From the NCBI RefSeq assembly GCF_006345805.1, contig NC_043005.1, forward strand, positions 63,364,001-63,428,000: a stretch of DNA of 64,000 nt, given 5' to 3'. A model generated the notes under the pieces. The model saw only the letters and a list, made by a program, of their open reading frames with translations. It did no database searches and was not told where the DNA came from. Each line of letters begins with the position of its first letter. The first letter of the stretch is position 1. Below are positions 1 to 12,794 of this stretch, one piece after another. The stretch comes from Octopus sinensis. Lineage: Eukaryota. The position numbers and the translations under genes were made by a program.

Positions 1-24
1 TTGCTTTTGCTAAACCCACAAAGC

Positions 25-262
25 TACAGGAATGTAATCACATTAACACCAGTTGCCAAGTAGTGGTGGAGGACAAACATAGACCCAAAGACACATACAC
101 ACATCTATATGACAAGCTTCTTTCAGTTTCTCTATGCTAAATCCATTCACAAGGCTTTGATCAGCTTGAGGTTATAACAGAAGACACTTTCCACTGGTGC
201 CATGCTATAGGATTGAACCTGGTACCATGTGACTGTGAAGTAACCTTTTTACCACACAGTCA
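25..262 (-). mobile_element. SINE family A (tRNA-derived), degenerate partial copy
   Basis: Reverse complement matches the head and middle of the full copies at 9553-9955 and 32585-32980. Confidence 0.7.
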
Positions 263-325
263 CACCTGTACCTATTTCTACCACACAAACATGCCTTCAC
301 CTATTCTTACCACACAGCCATGTAA

Positions 326-376
<51 letters not shown>

Positions 377-469
377 TAATAAATTTATTAATAAACATCT
401 AGATATAGAAATTAGAGGTTTTGATGCAGTTGTCCATAATTATCTTCTTTCTCTATGTTTATAACCAGG

Positions 470-1620
470 TCGGTCTTTTTTGGGGGATGGCATTGTATAT
501 TGTTTTGTGACAACATCGTGTCACATAGGGAGGTGGTACCTTGACATTTTTGTGCAGTTGCTAATCATATGTATGATGTCATCCTCAGAAATATGACATA
601 AACTATATTTTCAGTTACATCTTGGATCTCTAAGGGCATCATTGCCTCTTTTGTTCATTATGTATTTAGTAGAACTCTCCTGTTCTTACCCCTTGAAGTG
701 TGATGTAGGACTAACGAGTCCAAGAGAGTCTTCGCTTCATGTTAATATTAGTATCTTCTTCAAATCTAACGAGTAACATACCCATGCATGGTCTTTTTTT
801 TTTTGGAATGCTAAGCATTTCACCTCCAGGTCTTCTTTGATGTATACCACTCCAACTGATTTGGAGTTGTATGAGAGGTCATTGGAAAGAAAGTGCTTCC
901 TGAGGAGTTCCCTTCCAACACATAGAATATTGTTTTCTCCTCTTTTCAACACTACATTAATGCATTTATTTTTGCTTTTGTTGTTTAGCAAGTGCTGTCT
1001 GAGAGAGATTATATGACATTCAAAGGCTGTCTACACTGATCTCAAGCCCCATACCTCCTTTATCTCTACTTAGGTAAAGCCTGTTGATATCACTACTTTT
1101 GTGGAGTTTTCCAGTTGATGTTAGAATCTTGTGGCTTTTAATGTCTATGGAATGGATTTCTTCAACAGACCAGTCAAGTATCCCAAATGTTGGAATCAGC
1201 ACTGGCACTGCAAATGCATTGTGGGATATTGTCTTGTTGCAAGAGGAGAGTGCAAGGCGGTAAGCTAGCAGAATTGTTAGCACACTGGGTGAAATTCTTA
1301 GCGATATTTCGTCTGCCAATACGTTCTGAGTTCAAATTTCGCTGAGGTCGACTTTGCTTTTGATCCTTTCAGGGTCAATTGAATAAGTACCAATTACACA
1401 CTGGGGTCGATGTAATCGACTTAATCCCTTTGTTTGTCCCCAGTATGTTTAGCCTCTTGTGGGCAATAAAGAAATAAGAGGAGAGTTCAGACTACCATAT
1501 GTTTCTTAGTCTGGTGCAATATTCTTGGGTCCATTCTATCTTTATTCCCAGTACTTTTGTATGATGCATTTTCACCAATGCCTGTGCACTTGCAGCATTC
1601 TTTGTGTGGTACAGTATAAA
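470..1620 (-). mobile_element. R4/Dong-clade non-LTR retrotransposon fossil (post-RT thumb and CCHC region), interrupted by a SINE
   Basis: Minus-strand translations CTRLRNIW*SELS|SCNKTISHNAFAVPVLIPTFGILDW...RLYLSRDKGGMGL and C..LCHISEDDIIHMISNCTKMSRYHLPM*HDVV match R4-type RLE elements; contains stops and frameshifts. Confidence 0.8.
1252..1475 (+). mobile_element. SINE family B (tRNA-derived) with 11-bp target-site duplication
   Basis: A-box-like and B-box (GAGTTCAAATTT) motifs plus core gtcgactttgc...ggggtcgatgtaatcgact; aagaggagagt is duplicated at 1241-1251 and 1476-1486. Confidence 0.85.
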
Positions 1621-1629
1621 TAGTGAGAC

Positions 1630-1997
1630 CATTTGAGCATGATCGTTGCCAACATTTTCTGACTGGCTCCTGTACCGGTGTCACGTAAAAAACACCATTT
1701 GAGTGTGGCTGTTGCCAGTGCTACCAGACAGGCTCCTGTGTGGGTGGCATGTAAAAAGCACCATTTGAGTGTGGCCTATGCCAGAACCGCCTGACAAGCC
1801 CTTGTGCCGGTGGCACATAAAAGCACCCACTACACTCTTGGAGTGGTTGGAATTAGGATGGGCATCCAGCTGTAGAAAATTTGCCAGATCAGATTGGAGC
1901 CTGGTGCAGCCTTCTGGCTCACAACCCCTCAGTCAAACCGTCCAACCCATGCCAGCAGGAAAAGCGGATGTCAAACGACTACAATGATGATGATTGA
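1630..1997 (+). mobile_element. RTE LINE 3' UTR/tail with ~66-bp tandem units
   Basis: Same sequence as the UTR following RTE coding sequence at 27928-28745; ends in (GAT)n. Confidence 0.8.
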
Positions 1998-2129
1998 TGC
2001 ACAGGTTTTGAATTTGGATGGACCGATTTTCACACATCAACAGTCAGATATGAACATTTCTTTTGGCCAAATTCCATTACTATGGTAGCTGAAAATGTTA
2101 TTAACTCAAGCTGTTTTTTGACATTGTTG

Positions 2130-2185
2130 TTGTTGTGTGTGTAGATAGATATAGATATATGAGTGTGTGTCTGTGTTAACGTGTT

Positions 2186-2216
<31 letters not shown>

Positions 2217-2357
2217 GAATGTATATATTCATGTGCATATATATGTATGTATATACATATATACATATGTATATATATATATGTCTATATGTATATACAT
2301 ATGTATATATGTATATACATACATATATATGCACATGAATATATACATTCATATATA

Positions 2358-2390
<33 letters not shown>

Positions 2391-2422
2391 AACACGTTAA
2401 CATAGACATATATATATATGTC

Positions 2423-2474
<52 letters not shown>

Positions 2475-2635
2475 TATATATACATATATAAATAAATACA
2501 TATATATATATATATTATATATATATACACATACATTTATATATATATACACATTTGTATACATATATACATATATATACACACATATATATATATATAC
2601 ACACACACATTTACATATGTAATATATATATATAT
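2130..2635. repeat. Compound (TA)n/(CA)n microsatellite
   Basis: Direct inspection. Confidence 0.95.
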
Positions 2636-3254
2636 TCTTTGTCCAGTCAGACTAAATCAGTTTTGATCATATATAAATACTTCAGTGTATTTTCTCTCTC
2701 AATATTCTAATCTTGTCTCTTGCAGTTAATTTGTCATATTCCGTTGCATCCGATTATTATCTTTTGAATATATTTACATTGTTATTTCGAGACAAAAGCT
2801 TATGGCAATGATCAAAACAATCAAATTGACTTAATGATGTTTTCAATTTGAAACCAAAAGAAATTTATTCAAAAACTTCAACCGCTTATACAAGGGTCAA
2901 GCAATTGACAATAAAATGAATAATGAAGTTGAGTAAATTTTGTCATTACTGATTGATTTTTTTTTTTTTTTTCATATTTATTAAACCATAGGGAAAATTT
3001 ATTCTCTTTTAATCATGATACATATATGTCAATGTGTGTATTTATGCCTGGATCAATATAAAAGGATTCCTACACACAGTCACAATCATACATACATACA
3101 CACACCGGCAAGCATGTACACACAAATACACATATAAATGGACACAACATATGTGCATATGTGTGAGTGTGTGTGTGTGTATGTGTACATATATACATGC
3201 TCACACACAGATCCACACACACACACAAAAACACTCACACAGACATATTGACTA

Positions 3255-3567
3255 CTTACTTACTTTTACTTGTTTCAGTTATTTGACTGTGGCCATGCTG
3301 GAGCACCGACTTTAGTCGAGCAAATCGACCCCAGAACTTATTCTTTGTAAGCCTAGTGCTTACTCTATCGGTCTCTTTTGCCGAACTGCTAAAATACGAT
3401 GACATAAACACACCAGCATCGGTTGTCAAGCGATGTTGTGGGGACAAACACAGATACACAAACATACACACACACACACATATATATATATATACATATA
3501 TACGACGGGCTTCTTTCAGTTTGCGTCTACCAAATCCACTCACATGGCTTTGGTCGACCTGAGGCTA
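3255..3567 (-). mobile_element. SINE family A, partial
   Basis: Reverse complement of the 3' half, internal microsatellite and part of the head. Confidence 0.85.
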
Positions 3568-3986
3568 TCTCTATCTATCTATATATATACATATATATAT
3601 ATATTTACAGAGAGAGAGAGAGAGAGAGAGATACATGCATATATACATATATACATACATACATATATGTATGCATATGTATAAACCCCATATTTCATTT
3701 ATGGTGAGCTACTGATTAGCACTACCGGTCATTGCATGATGATGGGAATATCACAGGAGAGATACAGTCTCTCATGTTAGCTCACAGTATCATCTTGTCT
3801 TGATTCTGAGGCTGAGGAGGAGCTAGCTTCTCTGAAATGTGTAATGCATCTCCAAATGTGGTTAGGTGGCACTGCAAGTTGATTTGGTGTATGTACAGCA
3901 ATTTAGCAACAGCAAAAAATATGCCTCAAACAGATTTGAACTGGTAACAAGTTTGTATTTATACACATCACTGCTTAGCTCAGTTG

Positions 3987-4019
<33 letters not shown>

Positions 4020-4023
<4 letters not shown>

Positions 4024-4214
4024 TGATTCAAACAAGAAAGCACAAAAAACACAACAATGCGAGGACATGGAACAAATATAGTATTATTGGACGCTCAGGA
4101 AAGATGGAGGGTTTAACGTTTTGAGCGGAGCTCTTCGTTGGAAACATAGGAGAAGGAAAGATCCAGAGAAGAGAAGACAGAGGAAAAAAAATCGCCAACG
4201 GTACACACGTGGTC

Positions 4215-4215
<1 letters not shown>
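4020..4215 (-). mobile_element. Penelope-like element terminal (pseudo-LTR) fragment
   Basis: Close paralogue of 47710-47895; carries a degenerate hammerhead-like motif. Confidence 0.6.
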
Positions 4216-4242
<27 letters not shown>

Positions 4243-4247
<5 letters not shown>

Positions 4248-4410
4248 TAGGAAGGGCATTAGCGTTAGGAAGGGCATCCAGCTGTAGAAACATTGCCAGA
4301 TAAGACCGGAGCCTGGTGCAGCCTTCTGGCTTCCCAGATCCCCGGTCAAATCGTCCAACCCATGCTAGCATGGAGAACGGACGTTAAACGATGATGATGA
4401 TGATGATGAT
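4243..4410 (+). mobile_element. RTE LINE 3' tail
   Basis: ttaggaagggcatccagctgtagaaac...ccatgctagcatgg...ggacgttaaacg(atg)n. Confidence 0.85.
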
Positions 4411-4462
4411 ATATATATATATATATATAGCGACGTACATATACTGTTCTCTTATGTGTATG

Positions 4463-4513
<51 letters not shown>

Positions 4514-4517
4514 GTGT

Positions 4518-5449
4518 GTTAGTTAGTTAGTTAGTTAATTTGGCTCAAAAGCAAATAGCAAGGCCATGTAGGGGGACATGGAGTTAAGTACAGGGTGGTG
4601 TTCATGTAAAGAGTTCAGGCCACTTGAGGTCCAGGGAGGCTTTGAACAAAGCGGTCGTCGGCATCTTCACCATCTCGTCTGGCAGCTTGTTCCATGGATC
4701 TGCAACCCAGACGGAGAAAGCTCTTCTCCTTCGATTGAGATGAAATCGTCGCAGGTAGAGCTTTTCGGAATGACCCCGCATCCGACGCTCCGGAGCAGGA
4801 GTGAAGAACAGCTCTTTCGAGAGGTTACACTTCCCGCTTATGATGTTGTGGGCGAGAATGAGATCACCACGGCGGCGGCGTTTTTCAAGAGAATAAAGGT
4901 CAAGCGTCCTCAGCCTTTCTTCGTAGGACAAATTTTTGAGACCATGAACCATGCGGGTAGCCAGCCTCTGGACTCTTTCGAGATGCTGTATGTCTTTGAG
5001 GAGATAAAGAGAAGAGGCTTGAATCCCATACTCCAATATGGGTCTCACCAGCGTGACATAGAGTGGCAGGAATATGGCTGCTGTGAGCATTCCGAATGAC
5101 CGTCGAATCAAAAACAGAATTCCGCGCGCTTTGTTGGCAGCATGGACGCACTGGGCCGAAGGCAAAAAGGAGGAATCCACCAAGATACCCAGGTCCTTTA
5201 CCTGATCGGTCCTCTCCAGCAGCAGACGACCCGGCTCGAAATCAAGTTGAGTTGCAGGAGTAGAGCCGACAGGCAGATGACAGCACTTTGACACGTTCAG
5301 ACATAGGTCCCAATCGTTAGACCACTTCCAAATTTGGTGGAGACATCGACGAAGATCCTCTATACTACCGCGAGGAGCGACCAGTTTGATATCGTCGGCA
5401 AATAGAAGGGTGTGTTGCGTGAGGTCGTCGGGCAAGTCATTTATGACAA
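4518..5449 (-). mobile_element. Young 5'-truncated CR1-type LINE (RT C-terminal half, uninterrupted frame)
   Basis: ORF LLFADDIKL...KDLGILVD...LVRPILEYG...LERVQRLATRMV...YEERL..LDLYSLEKRRRRGDLI...WNKLP, then a short UTR and (TAAC)n tail. Inserted in a (CA)n tract; the ORF-track Met comes from the flanking microsatellite. Confidence 0.92.
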
Positions 5450-6374
5450 GTGTGTGTGTGTGTCTGTGTATATGTATATATGTAATACAAACACACATAC
5501 ACATATATATTTATATGTATGTATGTTGAACTGAATGTTTGAATCTATATTTACTCTTTTATTTAGAATTATTCATATTTCTTTATTAATGCTTTATATT
5601 CAGTTTGCAACAATGGCATTCCTGACTTCATTAGTCCATTAATAGTTCAAGCCCTCTGTCTCTTCAACTGAACAGAATGAGAATAATATTGAGCTGCTGT
5701 TGTTTACACACTTTACAGTTCATTACAAAGGATCATGGGCATAGTGTTTTAACTAATAAAGTCAAAAGCACCAGATTTGAAATTATTCAATGTCTATGTT
5801 TTAGTAGAATGTCACAGCATATTTCATGTTTGCTGTATCTATGTTAATTTGCTAGGAATAAAGCTTTCATAGTTACTCTTCTCATTTTGAGACAGTTTTA
5901 TATAAAATCGGTAGGCTGTCAGTACATGAAATTTGGCATCTCATTATAATATACATAAAATAAAATTCGATAGATAAGCTTTAGTTTCAAACATAAAATA
6001 TAGTATAGTAATAAATTCAAATTTACAACAAACGATCCAAGCAGTTTTTATTTTCCAGTAGTAAAGTAACAAAATTAGAACTACACAGCTTGTAGTCCTT
6101 GTATGCTGAATGGTTATGCTGTAGAAGAACTTATTTATAAAGTAATTTCTTCATCCGTTAATTACGACTGACTTGAAACTTGTTATATAAAATATGCTGC
6201 AGTTATAAAAATTTTATTACTCTACTTGTACTAACAGAACAAATTGGAGATACAAGTAATAGTCACTTGTTGATTCTGGATTAGTCAACTGATACTAGTT
6301 TTCTTTATATATATATATATATATTACAAATGGTAATTTCCATTACTATCATTCCAAATGGAAATTGTAGTTAA

Positions 6375-6612
6375 TAAACCTGTGCCGGTGGCCCGTAAAA
6401 TGCACCATTTGAACGTGGCTGATGCCAGTGCCGCCTGACTGGCGTCCATGTCATTGACACGTAAAAAGCACCAACTGATCGTGGCCATTTGCCAGCCTCC
6501 TCTGGCCCCTGTGCCGGTGGCATGTCAAAAGCACCCACTACACTCACAGAGTGGTTGGCGTTAGGAAGGGCATCCAGCTGTAGAAACACTGCCAGATCAG
6601 ACTGGAGCCTGA
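6375..6612 (+). mobile_element. RTE LINE 3' UTR fragment
   Basis: Tandem tggcacgtaaaaagcacc units followed by the conserved tail. Confidence 0.8.
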
Positions 6613-6614
6613 AA

Positions 6615-6772
6615 GAGCTTCTTTCAGTTTCCATCTATCAAATCCATTTGTAAAGTTTTAGTTGGACTGAGTTTATAGTAGAAGATACTTGCTCAAGGTG
6701 CCATACAATGTGACTGAACCCAAGATCATGTGGTTGGGAAGCAAGCTTGTTACCACATTGCCATACCTGCAC
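6615..6772 (-). mobile_element. SINE family A head
   Basis: Reverse complement of the tRNA-like head. Confidence 0.75.
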
Positions 6773-7789
6773 TTATATATTGCTTGTGAAAAGGATCTAT
6801 GTATGTGTTAGATATAATGAATGACAAAATAAAATGGCTTTACACATTTTAAGGTGAATTGCTGTTAAAAGAATCTGGTAAAAAATTGTTGCAAGTTAGG
6901 AAAAAGTTACTGAATGTGGTGGGAATTAAGTTTAAAAACTCTTCTGTTACTGCAACAGATGGAGCTTCCAAACTGTGAGGTTAATAATTCATTCTACACA
7001 TTAATATAATTAAATAATTCAAACTTGATTCTCATAAAAATGCATTTGCCACTCTCTGCAGGTAGCATGTTCCCATGCTGCTGAAAAATTACCATCTAAT
7101 ATTGTGTTAAGGGAAACATACAATGTGTTCCACAGATTAGCACACTGAGGAGAATCTCACGTGGAAATTATAAAATTAATCAACGATGGTGAGAAACCAA
7201 TGAAAATGATTCTTGCTGTAGCCACAAGATAATTAGTGAGAAGTAACTATGCAAGAAGAATTCTAAGCCTGTGAAATGTATTAAAGTTGTATTTTTAGAT
7301 GACATCTATTGCAGCAAATGTGCAAGGGTATTACATGCTATGTACTCTGATTCAATTAATAAAGTTTATTTAACATTTATGTGTTCTGTGTTAAGGGAGT
7401 GTGATGAAAAAAGAAAAGAACAACATAATATACCGTTCTGAAATGAAATGGAAGGTTGCTGTAGTATCTTAGACTAACTATGCAATTTTGCTTTATTTAT
7501 GTTTGCAAGAATTTGTTATTTTCAATAAGTAAATCTTGAAAGTAATTTAGATATCCAATTTCAGTAATTTCCATGTAAAAAAATGTGACTTTGGGTATGA
7601 GTTCAGAAGTATTTTGATGAGTAAATTTTCATCAAAGCAAATTTCCTAAGAACATGGAAATACTAGACAGAAGGGTGTTCTAAGCTTTTGAAACAGAAAT
7701 ACAAAGAACTTTTCAACTATCTACCTAAAAATACAGAAAGACTTTAAATCATTAAAACCTAATCCCCAAGAGATTATGTTCAGTAAGCA

Positions 7790-7930
7790 AAAGTGTGTCT
7801 GTATGGTTAAATGGTCTTTTTCTTATCATGGTTTTTGGTTCAAGTCCTCTTGTGTGGTGCCTTTGGCAAGTATCTTCTGCTATAACTTCAGAACAACTAA
7901 TACCAAGTGAGTGAATTTGGTAGACACACA
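7790..7930 (+). mobile_element. SINE family A head, degenerate
   Basis: ggttcaagtcc B box followed by ggcaagtatcttctgctata. Confidence 0.6.
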
Positions 7931-8189
7931 CATACACACACATGTAATACTACCTTAAAAGCTGCCCTATCAGGCAGCTTTTAAGCTAGCTCCTGTGGAG
8001 CACTCTTCATTGGACCTCGGGCCCAAAAATGACAGTTCATGCATTGAGTACATATTAAATCTTATTAAACTTGACCAATATTTTTCAAGCAATGAACAAT
8101 TTTCATCAAAACAATCATATAATTTGTCGATTTGTAATTTTTTTTGTCTAACCCCTTTCTCTCTTTCTCTCTCTCTTTCTGTTGGTTGT

Positions 8190-8500
8190 TTTCAACCACC
8201 ACCATCACCAGTACCAGTCACCATCGCCACCACAACTGCCATACACACACCATTCAGACTTCTGATACCACCACCATTAACACCTTTGACATCGCCACCT
8301 TCCCCACCACAATCACCACTGTCTTTTACATCCCTTACTATCACTGTCATGCTTGACCGCCTCAGCTACCACCACCACCATCATCACCATTGCCTCCACC
8401 TCTATCACAACTACTATCACCCCATTACCATCTCAACTGTCAATCTACTACGGCCTTCCCCTCAGCGTCTCTATGCCTGCTTTTACTCTCACCCCAGCAA
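8190..8500. repeat. Degenerate (CAC/CAT)n low-complexity tract
   Basis: Direct inspection; explains the P/T/H-rich ORF 7995-8522. Confidence 0.8.
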
Positions 8501-8899
8501 GAGTAGAAGTGTCATTGAATAGTGAAAGGGGTCATTAAAACATGACACACTGACACACAGAAATTTGTTTTTGTATTATTATAGACATATATTTAAGTCA
8601 CAGTATATTATAGACATATATTTAAGTCACAAGTAATCTGGTAGTATTCATAAAAAAAGCTCCTTAATGTATCATTACACAAACCATATAGAATGCATAA
8701 TAATATACAAGAAAAAAGGATAAGGTGTGTATTTTGAACGAATCTTTTGCATTTTGCTTTATTGCCAATTTGTAAGTAATTTATTATTAAATATGACAAT
8801 ATAAATTATTTGTATGTTTATGAAACAATTTCATATTAGGATTTTTCATATTGTTAAATAAAAGTTCATCAAAATGTTTCTCTCATATATATATATATG

Positions 8900-9030
8900 G
8901 CAAAAAAAAAGTCAAGATAGAAAATGCTAAAATAATTTTATAAAAATCATTTTAGTACCGGTTTCAGTCATTGAGACTTTTTCAACTGCAAGTATGAAAA
9001 ACAATTAAATTTTGGAAAAATTAAAAGAAT
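8900..9030 (-). mobile_element. Penelope-like terminal fragment
   Basis: Contains a hammerhead-like motif with GAAA-CCGG-UA; family assignment is inferred from that motif. Confidence 0.45.
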
Positions 9031-9119
9031 ATTTGCATAGTATTCAAATATAAGTGGCCTTTTCCTTGATTCTGCCTGTTTCTCTCTCTCTTGTTTACTC
9101 TTGTGGGTTCAAGGTCGTT

Positions 9120-9165
<46 letters not shown>

Positions 9166-9552
9166 TATATGTATATACATACAAACATAAATATGCATGT
9201 GTGTGTGGGCATCTGTGTGTTTGTACCGCACCACCTCTTGACAACTGATGTTAGTTGGCTTGCATCCCTGTAACTTAGCAAATCACCAAAACAGATCTAA
9301 GTACTGGGGTTGATTTGTTTGAATAAACTCTTCAAGTTGATGCTCCAGTATGGCCACAGTCCAATGGCTGAAACAAGTAAAAAGTAAAAGAATTTGTTTG
9401 TCATAATCATCCTTATTTTGCAGCTGTTTCTTAAATTTTGGTTAATCAACTGAAATATGGAGAAATAATGAAAACTAGAAGTGAATCTTTACAATTTTTT
9501 CTTTTATAGATATAATTATAATACGTATATAACATGTATGTTATATATATAG

Positions 9553-9955
9553 GCATAGGAGTGGCTGTGTGGTAAGTAGCATGCTTACGAACCACATGGT
9601 TCCGGGTTCAGTCCCACTGCGTGGCACCTTGGGCAAGTGTCTTCTACTATAGCCTCAGGCCGACCAAATCCTTGTGAGTGGATTTGGTAGATGGAAGCTG
9701 AAAGAAGCCTGTCACATATATGTTTATATATATGTATGTGTGTGTATATGTTTGTGTGTCTGTGTTTGTCTCCCCCAACACTGCTTGACAACCGATGCTG
9801 GTGCGTTTACGTGCTCGTAACTTAGCGGTTTTTGGAAAAAAAAAAGCGATAGAATAAGTACTAGGCTTACAAAGAATAAGTCCTGGGATCGATTTGCTCG
9901 ACTAAAGGCGGTGCTCCAGCATGGCTACAGTCAAATGACTGAAACAAGTAAAAGA
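9553..9955 (+). mobile_element. SINE family A, full length
   Basis: A box TGGCTGTGTGG, B box GGTTCAGTCCC, internal (TA/TG)n and 3' end gactgaaacaagtaaaagag. A further 3' fragment lies at 9195-9392. Confidence 0.9.
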
Positions 9956-10803
9956 GTATATAATACAAAAGAAAGACAAAGAAAAAAGAAAAAGAAAGGG
10001 AAGAAAGAAAAGAAAGAAAAACCATCAATGCAGCTCCAAGTGCGTCAATTGGTCGCAGAAGACAAGATTCTACAGAACCTATTGAAGCAAACTAGTATGC
10101 TCTCAACATTATCACCAGTGATAGTGAAACTAAGGCATTGAAAAAAACCAAGCACTCTCATAGGCATCACCTAACACCTCGGTGAGGTGAGCTGCTAGGT
10201 TGGAATTTTGGTAAACCTGGCATTGACAATTTACATGAAGCCACTTAGCATTGCCATAGTTAAAGAGTGCTTTCAAAAGATATCTTCATAAAAACTAAAG
10301 TAAGAAATAAGATGGGATTGAATCTACTTTAAGACTAAAATGGAAATTTTTTGGGGAAAGATTATAATTTTACATTGGAATTCTTCATATCGTTGAAATT
10401 TTAATTTTTAAAGGAATCAATCTTATTAATTATCACATTAGTAGATAAGAACCAGTCGGCAAGCAACAATTATACATGCATGTATTCACACACACACAGA
10501 ATATTTATTTACAACTGTTTTTGAGAATTTTATGCAACGTTTTAGGGAAAATAATTATACACTGAATACTGCAAAAATTCTCTCCAGATGATGAAATCAA
10601 GGAGATCTTGACATGCTAATGGATTAATGGATTTAAGAATATTAGTATTCCAAGCTAAATATAAATAACTAAATATATTAGGAAATTTCTTGCTTAAAAA
10701 GTTTAAACTCAAACACAGTTATAGCTTTAATACATACATGTCTAAAAGAAAAGCAGTTTCCTACATGAACACACACTCACATACACACACATACATATGG
10801 ATA

Positions 10804-10834
<31 letters not shown>

Positions 10835-10836
<2 letters not shown>

Positions 10837-11178
10837 GTCGAGCAAATCGACCCCAGGACTTATTCTTTGTAAGCCTATTACTTCTTCTATAAGTCTCTTT
10901 TGCCAATCCGCTAAGTTACGGAGATGTAAACACACCAGCATCAGTTGTCAAGCGATATTGGTGGGGACAAACACAGACACACAAACACATGCATACATAC
11001 AAATATATATATATATGTATGTATGCAACGGGCTTCTTTCAGTTTCCATCTATCAAATCCACTCACAAGGCTTTGGCCAGCCTGAGGCTATAGTAGAAGA
11101 CACTTGCCCAAGGTGCCATGCAGTGGGACTGAACCTGGAACCATGTGGTTCGTAAGCATGCTACTTACCACATAGCCA
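10835..11178 (-). mobile_element. SINE family A, near full length
   Basis: Reverse complement of the family consensus. Confidence 0.88.
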
Positions 11179-11410
11179 CTCACATCATGGTGATGAAAGA
11201 ACCCAGAGTTAGATCACTGAACTATCAAGAAAAATTCCAGTGGACTTTTGAACTAAACCAAGACCTATACCAGTTCTGCAGGAAGGCTAGAGAAGATCTC
11301 TCGATAGGCTACTTGAAGAGACTTAAGGAATGTTGGGATAAGAAATACCAAACATTCTCAAATTTTTCAGCAAAACAATTATGCCAGCAAGCTCCATTTG
11401 TTGAAAAGAA
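11178..11410 (+). mobile_element. R4/Dong-clade N-terminal fragment
   Basis: KFQWTFELNQDLYQFCRKAREDLSIGYLKRLKECWDKKYQTFSNFSAKQLCQQA resembles the R4 N-terminal domain; 10020-10260 may be further upstream sequence of the same element. Confidence 0.65.
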
Positions 11411-11429
11411 ATATATATATGTATATATA

Positions 11430-11477
11430 TGCCTTTGTGTGTGTGAGGTATGTATGTATGTATGTGTGTGTGTGAGT

Positions 11478-11526
<49 letters not shown>

Positions 11527-12310
11527 AGCATGTGTGTGTGTACATCCTACCTGAAAATGCCTGAGAAAATAACAGTATTTACTAACATCTATATTTTCTT
11601 TTGTTTCAGTAACATTTGTAATGATTCAAGATATTGAATGTCTATTTTACATTTAGTCTTCTTAAGAGGTAGCCATTTCCAAATGCATGCTGGGAAAATG
11701 ATACACAGCAAAATTTTCACATAGGAGACATAACATAATTAATTTACTTTACATTGGAGCATGAAGACAGTTCTGTAGCACTAGCTACAATTCATATATG
11801 ATAAGAAATAATCTCTGTATTTTCTGCCGTGATTTGATTTCTCCTATTGGTGAAATCTATTAATATATGATATATATGAATTTTTTGAATACTCAGATTA
11901 TATGTGTATAGTCTTTATATTGTTTCATACATACATATATACATTCATACATAAATAGATTCATATGTAATACATACATACATATATATACATACATGCA
12001 TACATACATGCATGCATACATACATACATACACACATACATACACACATACATACATATGCATAGATGCACACACAGACTTCTACACACATTGATACACC
12101 ACTACACATAAGTGCTTACACACACACTTATACACACACACACACTCACACACACACACTGACATATGCTGGCAGGTACACACGGACAGGCAATTTGACA
12201 CATGCAGACACAGACATGAACAGACACATAAAAATAACAAACACAGACACACACATATGCACACAGACAAACACACACATACAGACGTACAAACACAAAT
12301 AGAGTTATTC
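11430..12310. repeat. (TG)n, (TACA)n and (CA)n microsatellite tracts flanking a short unique stretch
   Basis: Direct inspection. Confidence 0.85.
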
Positions 12311-12794
12311 AAACATAAAAGCATACACAAATATGTACACACCCCTCCAACACATCCACCCATGCCTTAGTTGTTTTTGTACTGATGAAGTTTTACATAA
12401 TTTTCCTTTTATTTTTTTTTTTTTCTGTCATTTCATATTACAAACAATTTTCTTTAGTGAAATTATGACTTTTTTTTTACATTTTTCATGTTTATTTTTA
12501 TTGATTTGAAATGTAGTTGATTGGGTTTCTGGAACCAGATGGAACATCGATTACATTTTTCTTTTCCTTTGATGACTATTATAATTTACAACAACAACAA
12601 CAACAATGCAAGAAATAAATAAAAGCATTGAAATAAGTTGAAAAATAACAAAGGTTGTTGAAAGAGGATACAAATTTGATGACTTCCATATAGAAAGATG
12701 ATAAAACATTATATCACAAATTGTTAAAAGAAATCAATTTTCCTTCCAAATATGTGTATATCCATTCAGTGCAACCCCTCTTGAGAGTCCTTAA

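Larger units (their letters stand above)
6040..7750 (+). mobile_element. hAT transposase fossil (ZNF862-like), interrupted by an RTE tail and a SINE
   Basis: Motifs QIGDTSNSHLLILD*STDTS (DESTD, 6279-6293), ATDGAS (~6955), KCICHSLQVACSHAAEKLP (CxxH) and LINDGEKPMKMILAVATR* (TRW); many stops. Confidence 0.75.

Noticed and set aside
4578-5099. 173-aa plus-strand ORF
   Set aside because: Antisense shadow of the GC-richer CR1 RT frame.
4602-5504. 300-aa ORF as a host gene
   Set aside because: It is a 5'-truncated LINE; the Met and first ~18 residues come from the flanking microsatellite.
8576-8632. 26-bp tandem duplication tattatagacatatatttaagtcaca
   Set aside because: Real, but an ordinary local slippage duplication with no further structure.
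9553-9640. tRNA gene (A and B boxes)
   Set aside because: The boxes belong to SINE heads; there is no complete cloverleaf or terminator, and it continues into the SINE body. The same holds for all other copies.
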